From NCBI RefSeq assembly GCF_006345805.1, contig NC_042999.1, positions 14,136,001 to 14,200,000 of the forward strand: DNA of 64,000 bases, in the 5' to 3' direction. Shown one piece after another: positions 63,874 through 64,000 of this stretch (positions are counted from its first letter, which is position 1; every line of letters begins with the position of its first letter). A model generated the notes under the pieces. That model was not told where the DNA came from. It saw nothing but the letters and a program-made list of their open reading frames with translations, and did no database searches. Both the position numbers and the translations under genes were made by a program. The stretch comes from Octopus sinensis (Eukaryota).

Positions 63874-64000
63874 AATATCTTCAAGCACCACCAGGCACAA
63901 AAGTCTGGAGACGGGCCTGGTACGCTTTTGATGGTGACGATTCAAACAAGAACCAAAACGTACATACAACTGTTTCCCCCTTTTTTTGTCCACGAGTGTA

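Overview
Eukaryotic, AT-rich, repeat-dominated DNA. The SINE/LINE/MITE families and the dense (ATG)n, (AAT)n, (TA)n, (CA)n and (GATA)n tracts suggest an octopus (coleoid cephalopod) genome; this is inference, not database-checked. Most ORFs in the supplied track are translated microsatellites or SINEs. Supported content: three or more tRNA-derived SINE families; LINE fragments (RTE, Tx1/L1, Dong/R4-like RLE, CR1-like, Penelope-like); DNA transposons (a decayed Buster/Charlie hAT plus a matching MITE, a mariner relic, piggyBac-like and Merlin-like MITEs with verifiable TSDs). There are also hand-spliced candidate exons of a plus-strand gene with a possible TIR-like C-terminus, and of a minus-strand gene starting at a putative bidirectional promoter near 50.4-51.1 kb, where CpG content visibly rises. 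Most interesting: one SINE family shares its 3' tail with the Tx1 LINE, prefers GGTA targets and inserts into itself; a SINE insertion carries a copy of nearby DNA inside one TSD; RLE LINEs sit only in (AAT)n; the RTE 3'UTR carries a variable array of stem-loop units; and a decayed hammerhead ribozyme survives in a Penelope-type repeat. All alignments and counts were done by eye.
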